Part shown: positions 27,589 to 41,002 of the stretch, in pieces
Position numbering within the stretch: the first letter of the stretch is position 1
Layout: each line of letters begins with the position of its first letter
From: Chrysomallon squamiferum
Lineage: Eukaryota; Animalia; Mollusca
Assembly: GCA_012295275.1 (NCBI GenBank)
Contig: CM022671.1
Span: forward strand, 17,422,001 to 17,486,000
Length of the DNA: 64,000 nucleotides
Direction of reading: 5' to 3'
The notes under the pieces: model-generated
Seen by the model: only the letters and a program-made list of their open reading frames with translations
Told to the model about the DNA's origin: nothing
Databases searched by the model: none
Position numbers and translations under genes: made by a program

Positions 27589-28816
27589 AGATTCTGATAT
27601 AGAAGGTAATAAAATTATATAATTTTTTTGCAGATTAATAGTATGGATTCTTACAAATATCATTTCATAGACAGGGCAGCACATTCCATGGTGTCTGATA
27701 AACTAATCACAGAAAACCGAGAAATAGTTCTGACTTACATACTCAGAAATACCAGAAAATATCTTTAAAAATATTTTAAGCGTATATTGTATTATAAATG
27801 GCTTCCTTTTAACCTACGAAGTCGTAATTTGTAGGTAAAACTGAAGCCATATTTCACAATCTGACAGTACCTCAATCGTTCCAGATGTCAGAGTCAGTTA
27901 CAATAAGAACAAAATGAAGAAGCAAATAAACAATTACATATTTACTTAACTAGATATCGCATATAAATTGTACAAATTGACGTTACAGCGACACAAGCAT
28001 ATTGGGGCGAGTTCATCGAGAACATGGAAATGCTGGTACGGAGCGAAATCAACTTGGGACCAAAGCAGTTTAGAGAAATGGGTCACCGAATGTTGTGGGG
28101 AAAAGAATAATAAAAGATGATATTCAGTACTAATATTGTGCATAAAAGATAGAAAAATCACACATTTAGAAAAGCTGAGAGGGTATTAACCAGTTATAAT
28201 TACTATAAATGGTAACTGCTGTCAGATATAAAAAACAGTGTTTAACGCGGAAGTTTTCTACGACCTTACTCGAAGATGCAACATCCGGAATAGGTAACGC
28301 GAGATCAATCGTTATTTACGCACGCTCGGGTGCCTTGTGTATGGGAGTAGGGTCCAGAGATAATGTAATTGAAATGAAATGAAAAAAATTAACGTGCTAA
28401 TCAGAGCTAGCTGTTGTGAAGCACTTAATGTAATTTTTAAAAACGTTCCTTAAATATTACGTGGGATGAGTGGTTCCTTAGCCCTATACACGGTAATGTT
28501 AGCTATGAGAAAAGCAGTAGTTTTCTGACAGAGCATACGAATAGATACATAAAGATCCGAGCCTAGTCATTGTGCCTATCGCCTGTTCCAACTCCACATT
28601 TATTTTTCATAGGAATAATATGCGCTTTCTTGTCAGGAGAAATGTTTGACATATTTTAATCTAGCGTTTGAAATTAACTAGCCTCTGAGTAATTTTGTAA
28701 AAATAAAACTTAACGGAGAATTTCAAATTTCATGCAAGCTTTGTGAAAATAATTTTTATGAAGTATTATGTTAAATATTTTCTTTCAGCCTCAAGTTTAT
28801 TCTGCTTATATATGTG

Positions 28817-28898
<82 letters not shown>

Positions 28899-29774
28899 GC
28901 TAAAATATTTTGAATGCAATTTATCATTTTTTTAAAGAAACGTATTATTATTATATTATTATTGTTGTTGTTGTTGATTCTATGGGATATAACAGTTTCT
29001 AATACAAAAATTACTATTCGCTTGTTCAAATTATGCTTGTATACCATGAATACAAACCATAATTATTGTTAACCTACATTTACTATACATAGCGTGGCAT
29101 ATATTATAAATAAATAAATAAAGCTATGTTATTTTAAATAACGTAATTTAACCTGTCAATAATTAGGCTTTCCAAATACTATTATATATATCTGTTCAAG
29201 GCATGATGTAATTATTAACATGCATCATTTCCACGCATATACAAACGAGCACATACTAACTTAATATACGGTCTTCCATGCAAAACATTCAAACATGAGG
29301 GAACTAGAATCACTTTTATAAATAAATATGAATAAGAAATTTTAACAAAACGTTCAACGAATTTAATACGAAAAACTTCAAAAATGACAACATGTCATGA
29401 AATTAAATGTAAAATGATAAGATAATTAAAACCAAGTCTTAAAATGTATAAATATTTATTAGCAGATAACAGGATCGCTGTTGTTCAACAATTTCTCCTT
29501 TCAAACGAATTGTTCGAATATATCCTCCTTTTGTTCTGATGTTTGTCTAAACTTTATAACAATCAGCTGTAGTAGTTTTAAAACTTACAGTTTTAAATCA
29601 ACCTCTGATATACCCACAGATAATTTGTGTTTATTTCAAATTTATTGCATGAATGGTGATGCCAAAATTAAGCTGTTAGTTAACGTTTCAAATTCACTGC
29701 TAAAATGGTATTTCTATTAAAATACAGTAAATATTTAGGTAATATTTTCAAATCAGTTTCTGATATGAATGCTA

Positions 29775-30262
29775 AAACTAAGATAGAGGTAGTATTATAA
29801 ATTCCATCACGTAATTGTGATGTTTCTACTGCAACTAAGATGGAGGTAATAGTTTAAATTATATCACTGTAATTGTGATGTTTCTACTGCAACTAAGATG
29901 GAGGTAATAGTTTAAATTATATCACTGTAATTGTGATGTTTCTACTGCAACTAAGATGGAGGTAATAATTTAAATTATATCACTGTAATTGTGATGTTTC
30001 TACTGCAACTAAGATGGAGGTAATAGTTTAAATTATATCACTGTAATTGTGATGTTTCTACTGCAACTAAGATGGAGGTACTAATTTAAATTATATCACT
30101 GTAATTGTGATGTTTCTACTGCAGCTAAAATGGAGGTAATAGTTTAAAATATATCACTGTAATTGTGATGTTTCTACTGCAACTAAGATGGAGGTAACAG
30201 TTTAAATTCTATCATTGTAATTATGATACTTCTGCTAAAACTAAGATAAAGGTTATAGTTTT
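29775..30262. repeat. 58-bp minisatellite, about 8 copies
   Basis: The unit CTAAGATGGAGGTAATAGTTTAAATTATATCACTGTAATTGTGATGTTTCTACTGCAA repeats head-to-tail. Central copies are near-identical, edge copies are degenerate, and there are no spacers. Confidence 0.93.
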
Positions 30263-31014
30263 GTTTTAATCCACAGTAAAATTAAATATAGTTTCAGTCT
30301 ATCAAAAACTTTCAAATCCATTTCCTGGAACTGCAAATTTCAAAATAAAATTCGAGATAATGGTTTGAAAAATCTAACCTTAATCTTTCCATCGTAAAGT
30401 TTCAAATTGCAGTGTGTCTAACAAATTCAGCTAGAGATAATATTTAAAATTCTTACATCGTAAAGTTTCTGCTAAAATGGTGATAATAGTTTGAACTCAG
30501 TTACTGGAATGTACTTGTATTTCTAATACAGTTAAGTTTAGATTCAGTAACCTGTGTATTTGATTTTATTTGCTTTGTCTAGAATTTTAATACAACACAA
30601 ATCTACAATAAATCATCAATAAAACTGTATCGTGCCATCGTTCATAATTTGTGTAATCAATTCAGGAGTTTTACCGAAATATATATATACATACATATAT
30701 ATATTTTAATGTGATTAACGAAAATTTCTTCTTGAAACTTGACATTTTGAAGGATAAAAAAAAAAGTAATTTCTGGAAAGAAAGAAAAAAAATCTTTCTC
30801 TACTAAATACATTATCGATTATTTAACAATATTTACAAAGGAAACAGTTTTCCTTGCATAACGTATAAATCAACTTCATGTTTTTTTTATGTTAATATGA
30901 ATTTGTTTTTTATGCCCTGCATATTATGATACCTAATATGTTGATATTTACATTAGATCACAGAAGAAATTGTAGAAAAATAAAATAAAATAAAATAAAA
31001 TAATATAAAAAAAT

Positions 31015-31395
31015 AAATAATAACATTGCATGATTTACTTTTCAGTTGTCATTTTTCTGTCGTTCAATACGATAAACCAAAACGTCTTGAAATAAGAACT
31101 GAATCATTTTTCTATTCATACGTAACTTTTACTAAAATAAAAAAAAAAATCTAAAATAACCATAACATAACGTCTTAAATAATATTGCATGATTTTCTTT
31201 TCAAGTATGATTTTTATGTCTTTCATTAAAATAAGAAAAATCTAGAAACCACAGTCTTTAAATGCTATTGTAACAATTACTTTTCAGCTGAAGAGTTTGT
31301 GACTTTCATCAAAATACGAAAAATCTAGAAACCACAAAGTCTTCAAATGATATTGCATGATTTGCTTTTCAGCTGTCCTTTTGTGACTTTCATGA
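31015..31395 (-). repeat. Degenerate tandem repeat with a period of about 85 bp, made of copies of the last codons and stop of the guanylate cyclase gene
   Basis: ATTGCATGATTT(A/T/G)CTTTTCA occurs at about 31025, 31184 and 31352. GAAAAATCTAGAAACCACA occurs at about 31235 and 31318. Confidence 0.75.
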
Positions 31396-32084
31396 GAATG
31401 GGTGTGTCTGTGACGGTGGCGAACTTGTCCTCACAAGACAGGTCTGTTATAACAGGGTAAGTTTTGAATTCATCGTCTGGCTCAATTACTCGTTTGCTTT
31501 TTCCGGCCACAATGAAATACGTCTTCATGATACCCTTTCCTTTCACAGAAACATTGCCTCGTCGTTTCACTTGGTATGAAGAAGATTTTAGATACCTTGA
31601 AAGATAACACAGGTTTTAGTAACTTTTCATTATTAAAATTATAATGTCAAAATTATAAAGAAAACAATAGAGAGAGAAAAAAAAAAAAAAAAATAAAATA
31701 AAAACAGAAAAAAGAAAAACAAACCAAAACAAAAAGGCATCAACGAACAAAGAAGAAATTCACATTAATTAATATCATAATGAATACAATATTGTGTGCA
31801 AACAAAAATAAAAACTATTACATAGCAAATTTTAGAAACATTAAATAACTAAAAGAGCCAAATTTAGGCTGGATTTAAATAACAAATAGCACATTTTCGA
31901 TATATTAAAATAAGGATTATTTTAGATTATTATAATGAAACTAACTACGTCAGATAGTTTCCATACGGTATAAAATTCTTTTCTTAGATTCAGTTAAATG
32001 TTTAAATAACAAATATAAGTAATAATAATAATTAAGAAAAAAAAAAAAAAAAAAAAAAAAAAAATAAAAAATAAAACCCCATTA

Positions 32085-32140
<56 letters not shown>

Positions 32141-32467
32141 ATTAAAATACAACACAAATGAAAATGTCGCTTCTTACTCCATTGTGAAAGAACTGATGTG
32201 AATTCTGCCTGGAACTCCGTGACTCTCCATACGTGACGCTGTGTTCACTGTGTCTCCAAACAGACAATACCTCGGCATTTTTACACCAACTACGCCGGCA
32301 ACTACAGGTCCACTGTGCATCCCAACACGTATCTAAAAAAAAAAAAAAATATTAAAACAAATGTTTTTAATAATTAGTCTCATAAAGTTTTACATTTAAC
32401 AAAATCGACAAGAAGAAAGAGCAAGGATAGTAATAATAATAATAATACTACTAATAATAACAATAAC

Positions 32468-32508
<41 letters not shown>

Positions 32509-32963
32509 GAAGAAGAAGAAGAAGAAGAAAAAGAAAAAGAAGATGAAACTCACAGGCATCATTTGAAAAATATATTCAATTTTATGACGAACATCATTTA
32601 CTTCTAATCTTGATTTGTACATATCTTTACATCATTCTTATAAGATCGAACTAAAGTGTGGTCTGAAAACATTCACCTTAACTATGTTTATTTATTATAG
32701 AACTATCATTTATAAAGATTTAAACGTTCAGTATCTGAAAGCTTTCAACTGTGTTATCGTTATAAAGCACATGTTTGACATGTACACAGATATCAACAGA
32801 CAAGTGTCATAATAAGTGTGTGCTCACCCCTGTATTTGTTTTCTACCTGCTGAAAGCTATATTAATGTGTGTACTTTTACCATTACAATGAAAAATAAAT
32901 GAATGAATGAATGAATGAATGAATGAATGAAATTAATAAATAAACAAATAAATAATAAATACA

Positions 32964-32994
<31 letters not shown>

Positions 32995-33290
32995 ATCAAA
33001 ACAAACAAATAAATAAATAAATACCTAAATAAATAAACTAAAAAACCAAATAAGTAAGTAAGTAAATAAATAAATACACTGATACATAGATTAAAAAAAA
33101 AAAAAAATAAATAAATAAATAAATAAATAAATAAATACCTAAATAAATAAATAAATAAACTAAAAACACCCAAATAAGTAAGTAAGTAAATAAATAAATA
33201 AATAAATGATTAAATAAAGAAACAAACAAATAAATAAATAAATAAACAAGCACATAAATAAATAAATAAATAAATAAACAAACAAATACA

Positions 33291-33333
<43 letters not shown>

Positions 33334-33660
33334 ACAAATAAATAAACAAATAAACAAATAAATAATCAAACAACTAAATAAGTAAATAAACTATTGTCTG
33401 CACTCGTGTATGTAACTCTGTACAGTCTAGAAATACCTGGAGAGGTTTGCCTGAATCGGGAGACTGCACTTTGCACGTCTCACTCAGCAAGTCTATCGCA
33501 AAATTAGCCACTTTCTCCGCGTGAGAGGGCGTTTTCTCCGGTACCCCACCCACTACCATGTAAGCATCGCCTATAGTCTCCACCTGAAATTAGCGAGTTT
33601 TATAAATCAGTGTAAAACAGGATACAATATAGACAAATAGAGACTTAGACAAAGATAAAC

Positions 33661-33694
<34 letters not shown>

Positions 33695-34002
33695 CGTTAT
33701 AAGAAGAGATTGTAATCAGAATTTAACTGTAATATTAATAAAATGAAGAAATTTCCAAAATTTAAAAATCTATTGCCGTGAAGCTACCAGAAATCTGAAA
33801 ATACCTAAGAAACAATTTTAGAAATATTACAATACTTCATTATTTACAAAAGAAGTAAAAGAAGAAGGAAAAATGAAAATGAACTGAAAATTAACAATGA
33901 TGATGATGATGAAGATGATAACGGCGATACTACTAATAATAGCAACAACAACAACAACAACAATAACAACTATAACAACACCACCACAACCAATAATAAT
34001 AA

Positions 34003-34051
<49 letters not shown>

Positions 34052-36027
34052 CATCATCATCATCATCATCATCATCATGCTAATAATAATAATAATAAAC
34101 AGTAATAATAATAAGTTTAAAACTAATCTATAATGAGTCTGATGATGATGACAGGTGATGTAATAATAATAATATCGTCTTTAAACTGTTTCTAAAATAA
34201 GTTAATTACTTGCTACCACAAATACATCACGCGAAACTGATTTATTTATTCTTAGTTCCCGACTTAAAGCGATGACACTTAATCATCCACAGTAAATATT
34301 TTATAACAAGCGTCGAAACGCTTTAAAGTACAAATTTTTAATTAGCACTGCAATTATGATGACACGAAAACTGCATTTAGTATTTATTGATAAAACGTAA
34401 GATAATGAGTCGGTACAAATTGATTCCGTGTTCACAATCCAATAAAAAATCGATCGTTTGATAACCACTGACGACGTAAGTGCTGTGTATTGAGTTTTCT
34501 GTTATTGCAATAAGATAAAAGAGAAATGGAAGACTGATATTATAACTTAATATTTATTATTTTAACATACTGTAATTTTTTTCTTCTTATTATTTTTTTT
34601 TTTTTTTTTTTTGTTTTGTTTTGTTTTCGTAAGAGTAATGGCAGTATTAGTAATAGTAATTGGAGCAGAAAGTGATTGAAATTCATGTAGTCATAGTAAT
34701 AATAACAGTGGTAGTTGTCGCATTTGATATTAATAGTAGTAAGGAATAGAAATTATAGTAGTTGGAAGCAATGGTAGTATTAGTAATGGTAATTGTAGTA
34801 GAAATGGTTGTAACAATAATACTTCTGATATTAGTGTAAGTAGTAGTAGCATTAAAAGTATAGTAGTGGAAGTGTTTAATAGCAGTGAGAAAAGGAAGAG
34901 ATAGTAGAATCAGTATAAATCTTAGTAAAGAAGTCAGAATAATAACAATAGTAGTAATACTAGTATTTAGTATTAGTAATGGTAATAATAACAGGAGTGG
35001 TTTTTTTTTTTTGTATTTTTTTTTTTGTACCTGTTTTAGTAATAATAGAAGTGGCAGTAATTAAGTAGTATTAGTTGTTTAAATAATAGTGATATTAGTA
35101 ATAAAGATATATATATATATATATATATATAAAAAACCCTTACAGGACCACCAGCAGAAACAGAAGCGTATTCTGTGGTGGTGGTGATAGCAGAGATCTT
35201 GGTAGTAGTAGTATCACCACCAGTACTACTACTGCTGCTACTGCTACTATTAAAAATAATATCAAAATTACTAATGTGTAAGGTAATGTTATTTTATACA
35301 TGTTACTTTATTTGTTTGTAATTGTTAAACGAAACAGTTTTAGTCGTAGAAGTGTTTTGTATTAGTAGTAATAGTAATCGAAGTAGTAGTACATACTAGT
35401 ACGATTACTATTACTTCTACTACTACATTACTATTATTATCACTACGACAAACACATTAAACTACTATTACTACTACTACTACTACGATTACAACTGCTA
35501 CTACACCCTACACTTTTACTAGCGTTTAAGTTAATTTACCTTATACACGTCGTTTTCGTTTGTTTTCTCGTCAAACTTTTGATAGAGTTCGTTTAGCATG
35601 TTGACGATCTGTAAAGGCGTGCACGCTGCAGCTATGTTGGTGAATCTGACTATGTCACTGAACAGTATGGTCACAGCATCGAACTTTTCTGAAAGAGTCG
35701 TTTAAAATAGTTGTTAATACGACTGTAAGAAATTATCTACACGAGGAAACAAAACTATTATAAATCTTCGTTCATTATTATCTATACGAATTAACAAATA
35801 TATATTTTTTATATCATTATGAATTACAGCAGAAAACGTTTTAAATGAATGGAAACAAATAATGAATTTGATAAATTAATAGGAAACGTTTTTAGAAATT
35901 GGTTTAAACATAGAAAAAAAAAAAAATATGAATGATATGTAGTTCTTTACAATAGTATATTACCTGTAAGACATATAGTGAAAAATAAGTAAAAAATAAT
36001 ATATATGTGTATATATATATATGTATG

Positions 36028-36080
<53 letters not shown>

Positions 36081-36435
36081 ATTATTATTTGTTCGACTAA
36101 TAGCAGACAACAGCCTTGAACAGAACAGCAATAGTGAAATAGTTTTCGTTAAAATAAAATGATTTTAAGTGCGAATCCATGTTATCTGAAAACAAAGGTA
36201 AAACGCCTTCAACCAAAACGTGTACTAACCAGCTTCAAATTCTTTGCCGTTCTTTAACTGATTGGCTACTTTAGGCGGGAGTAGCTGATACAGCAGCAAG
36301 TCTGTCCTCTTCTTCTCTTCTTCTAGAGCTTCTGAAGTCTTCTTCAGAGCCACAGTCGTCTCGTCCAGTTTCTTACTGCGTATTTTATGTATGCAAAACA
36401 GTAATATATCGTAATCACACACACATATCCACACA

Positions 36436-36470
<35 letters not shown>

Positions 36471-39060
36471 TCACACACACATACCCCCCCACACACACAT
36501 ATTCATATCCATTCAAAGAAGACTATAAAATTAATAGTTGCTCGTTTGTCGATAAAATCACTGTAGCTTAATTTGTTATGTCAAGTGGAACTGAGATACG
36601 TTTAAGCTGAGCATTAAGCACGTTTAGATATTTCATTTAAAGTTTATAGGTTCGCTAGAAACAAATGACGCTGATGTGTTTTGAATATTTCCATGTAATT
36701 GATTTGAGTGAAGTGTCCTCAGCCTGTACTACTAATAAAGTACTGACTGGAACAGCGAGCAACGATGCCGCGACAAACAACACTTTAAGCCAAGGATTGA
36801 ACCAGATGTAAAGAAAAGCTGCAGTGTTTACTAATTTATTTATTTATTTATTTGCTTTTCAATCTATACGACAGCAATAAATCAATTACTTACGCCACGT
36901 CTATTTCAGCAATTCGTTGTTGATTGAGTAGCACCAGTTCGCGCGTGACGTCATACAGAGGAATGTCGGCCAGGTACACGTTCATCTCCATCAGTTCGTC
37001 CAGACTCGTCAGTCTCGGTGACCCGATGAAGATCATGTGATGTGAATCCTCCAACCACATCATCTGACCTGAAATTTAAATATTACTCTCTGACCTACTA
37101 TTTCAGAGTTCTTAGTTATTGATATCCGTCAGTACCGTCTGAAAATGAACCTTATATCAGATACTGTTTCAAGATATATAATCCCACCCGAAAATTAACG
37201 AATCACTTTTATCGCTCTGGGGAACACGGAGGGTCGAAGGTTTCCTCACCTATGACAGCGCTATTTTTTGGCACTGTCCATATTACCTCATACCTTGCAG
37301 TGGTAAGAGGGAAGACGGTTTTTGTAATCAGGGTCTATATATGTGTGCTTTCAAATTTCCTTTCCAACGAGACTTTTAAGCCTGGTTCATTAGATTTATC
37401 AGTGTCAGTATTGCTTGGGAGTTAAGATCTTTATTTGATGAACATTGATTTCGAACCAAGTGCTTGATTTTTTATTTTTTTTTAAATAACTGTTTCATAT
37501 AACTGTGTTTCCTCGAAAACTTTAATGTATCACACCAAAATAATAATAATAAAAAAAATTCAGTATATTTAAAACATCTACGTGATCAATAAGTACGTAT
37601 GACATACTTAAAATATTTTATATTACAGCTATTACAACAAAAAACAACAACAAAAAAAAGAAGAAAAAAGCAAACAAACAAAAAAGCTCAAAAAAAAATC
37701 ACCGGTAGCAACAAAAAAAAATAAAAATAAAAATAAAAAATAAAAAATAAAGAAAGAGTTTCCATTATAGTTTAGGATACAGACCATTACAAATGTAACC
37801 AAATCAATTTCATAAAAACTATGATTTGAATAATGAAATAGTCCATAAAATTATTGATTCGGATTCTCAGTGTTTCCTGTCACTAATTGCATTCTGGAAA
37901 TGTTTCTGTGATCATGAATTTGTATTAGCTGTGTAATTATACAGCATTTAACAGAAATGAACCAGAAATGAAATTTATACAATACAGTACTTTAAACATA
38001 CACGTGTACGCCTTCAGAATCACATCAGTAAGAGATCATACTAGACAGATAAGGATTAGCTTTAATGATGCAAAGAAATAATCTTAATAGCTACTTAAAA
38101 CATTCAAATTAAGTCTTATTAATTTAATTTAATTTTATTATTTTATTCATTTTATTTTATTTTATTTTATTACTTATTTTTTGTTATGTTATATTTTGTT
38201 ATTTATTTTATTCATTATATTTTAATATTTATTTTATTTTGTTACTTTATTTTATTTTATTTTATTTATTATTGCCATTCAGTTTTCTTAATTAATTATG
38301 AAGTACAACAACAAAATAGTACAGTTTTAAAAATATTTGTACGCCGCCATTTTCTGTAGTGAGAACGTAATCGCACATAGATCTGGCTTCTACTATTAAA
38401 CAAAAACACGGCTGCAATTCATACATTTTGCAGCAGTAACATCTTCATTGTAATCCTTTACTACGAGGGTCCAGTGAAAACAGTTTCAATTCGGAAGTAA
38501 TAAATACTTTTTTTTAATCAAACTATTTATCCGCTACCTCTACCGGCAAACTTTTAAATTCTCCTGTGCTTACCTTTCAAAACCAGCGGTCGTTTCTCCT
38601 GCCCGTTTCTGTCCAGCTGTAACAGAAACACGGCGTTTATGAACGTCTTGATGTTAGCGATGGACAGAACCATCTCGGGGTGAATGACGGTAAAAATGTC
38701 CTCCATGTGCACGCCTTCTTCTATTTCCACCGCGCTCATTTTCTGGACCATCACTCCGCACTGGCGAATCTTCAGTTCCTCGTTGAAGATGATGTGGTAG
38801 GGAAACGCGTTGCAGAACTGCTCGGCGTCTATGTGGAACTCGGTCTGCGGGTGGCGGTAGGCCGTTTTGACGCAGACTGCGCGCTCCTCCGAACTGTCCT
38901 TGTGGAAGGTGCACCTGAAGGTCGTGTGCTCCTGCGTCCTGCCGCCCTCTATCGGCTGCTCCGTGCGGTCTGCGATCTCTATGTCCGTGGTCTGGTGATA
39001 CAGTTCTCTGCTGACCGCTTTCACCAAGCCTGGAAGGAAAAAATAAATATACGATAATAT

Positions 39061-39118
<58 letters not shown>

Positions 39119-39213
39119 AGAGAGAGAGAGAGTTGTAGACATCCAAAAACAATATTTTTTTCTTTAATACTGTTTTGTTTATTCATATTTGTTTTTATAG
39201 CCTTATCGGCAGT

Positions 39214-39254
<41 letters not shown>

Positions 39255-39868
39255 TAATAATCGAAAGTTTGAATATTCCGACAAGTTCTAAATTTCAAAA
39301 ATCCATTAAGCAGATGATTATCGTCGGTTAAAAATATTTGTTTATAGTGATTTCTGAAAAATAATAGCAGTGCAGGAACAGGAAACATTATTTACGTTTG
39401 ACATTTTAACTTTAAAAATGCTGTTACAAAAATCATATATGTTACAGTCAAACAGCCATTGTTTTCTTTCACACGGTTTACATAGAAAGTAGAAAGAAAG
39501 GTTGATAAAGTTTCACTTACTTTTTTTTATAACGATTATTATTTTACAAGCTACTAGTGTATTTCACAAACTCTGAATACGAAGTGAAATACATACGTGT
39601 AAACTCAGAATTGAACATAAATGTCGTTAACAGTAACACAATGTCTGGTAACTGATAACAGTAACGTTTGTAAATCATCTGGTAACTGATGACATTCAGA
39701 TCAATGGATCAGAGTTTGTTTAGTACTCAGGTTACGAATGGTAATGTTTGTAAATTATATCAATATATAGCCTACCAAAACCGCTAATTAAAACTTAATT
39801 AAACAGTTAACCAGAGACTCATTTATACTTGTTCATGACTCACTCTCTCTCTCTTTCTCTCTGTCTGA

Positions 39869-39908
<40 letters not shown>

Positions 39909-39911
39909 TTC

Positions 39912-39944
<33 letters not shown>

Positions 39945-40822
39945 ATATCTGTGTATAGTGTTTGTATGTATGTATGTATGGGTATATATATGTGTGTCCG
40001 TCTGTGTGTTTTATATACGTATGTATGTGTATGTGTTGTATGTAATATATGTATGTATGTTTGTTTGTATGTATGTATGTTATGTATATATATGTATGTA
40101 TGTATGTGTATGTCTATGTATGAATGTGTATGTATGTATGTATGTATGTACATTAGTATGTATGTATGTATGTATGTATGTATGTATGTATGTATGTATG
40201 TAGTAGGTACCTATATATTTACCTATGACTATAGGATACAGACCGGGGCGTGACGTGTAGTAGTGTAATAACAAACCGCCATTTTCCATGTCTTCACATC
40301 TGTAAACAAACATGTTGAAACTGTATTACTATTTTCGACTTTCAATATTGATAAATATACTGTTTATCGATGAGTGATCGCCTTAAGGTTTTTTCCTAAA
40401 GTACGATATTGGCGACTTTGACAGGATTGTTTGCAGTTGCACGTACATATTGATTTTTTTATATTTGTATTGCTATTATAATATCGTATTTTTATTTAAA
40501 TGTGTTAGACGTACGAATCTATTTCACAAGAAAGGAAAATGGCAGCCTACATTCATCTCTTCCTTGTTTGTTATTTTTTTTTTGTTGTACGTTATTATTT
40601 GCAAAAGGAAGGTCATAAAAAGAAGCAAAACAATCTCAAATAACTACAAGAACAAAAAAACAACAACTAAGAAACAAATACAAAACCAATGAGAGGGAGG
40701 TTATTAGTTTGTGTTTAGGGTATTAGTACAGTAATATAAGATGTGCACGTTTTAAATTGTTATCCTTCTGCTGGTTTGCATGGTATATTCTAACCTTTTA
40801 TTATTATTATTATTATTATTAT

Positions 40823-40865
<43 letters not shown>

Positions 40866-40934
40866 AGTAGTAGTAGAAATAGTATCAGTGAAATTGTTGT
40901 TATGGTTGATTTTGCTATTATTTTGTTGTTGCTG

Positions 40935-41002
<68 letters not shown>

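Noticed and set aside
27985-28110. Possible + strand terminal exon (TQAYWGEFIENMEMLVRSEINLGPKQFREMGHRMLWGKE*)
   Set aside because: There are no partner exons or recognisable domain. The recurring GGGGCGAGTT/GGAGCGAAAT-type words look more like transposon subterminal repeats.
29775-30262. CRISPR-like array
   Set aside because: The units are contiguous with no unique spacers, there are no cas genes, and the context is eukaryotic. It is a minisatellite.
31320-31345. Stop-codon readthrough joining the cyclase to the downstream CAAX copies
   Set aside because: After the TGA, the frame reaches TAG within six codons, before any copy.
32883-34133. Hydrophobic and low-complexity ORFs (YLFIYLF, poly-I, CVCV, MYVC) here and throughout the window
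   Set aside because: They are translations of (AAAT)n, (AAT)n, (TG)n and (TATG)n microsatellites. Only the cyclase exon 33437-33583 is real in this span.
38654-39142. Overlapping ORFs 38654-39142 (-) and 38680-39057 (+) as separate genes
   Set aside because: They are shadow frames of the GC3-rich cyclase exon 38574-39029, with no independent motifs.
40223-40299. Calling the cyclase an O2-sensing Gyc88E/GCY-35 type
   Set aside because: The distal position equivalent to beta-1 residue 145 is Ile rather than Tyr, and LLNQQRIAE is beta-2-like.
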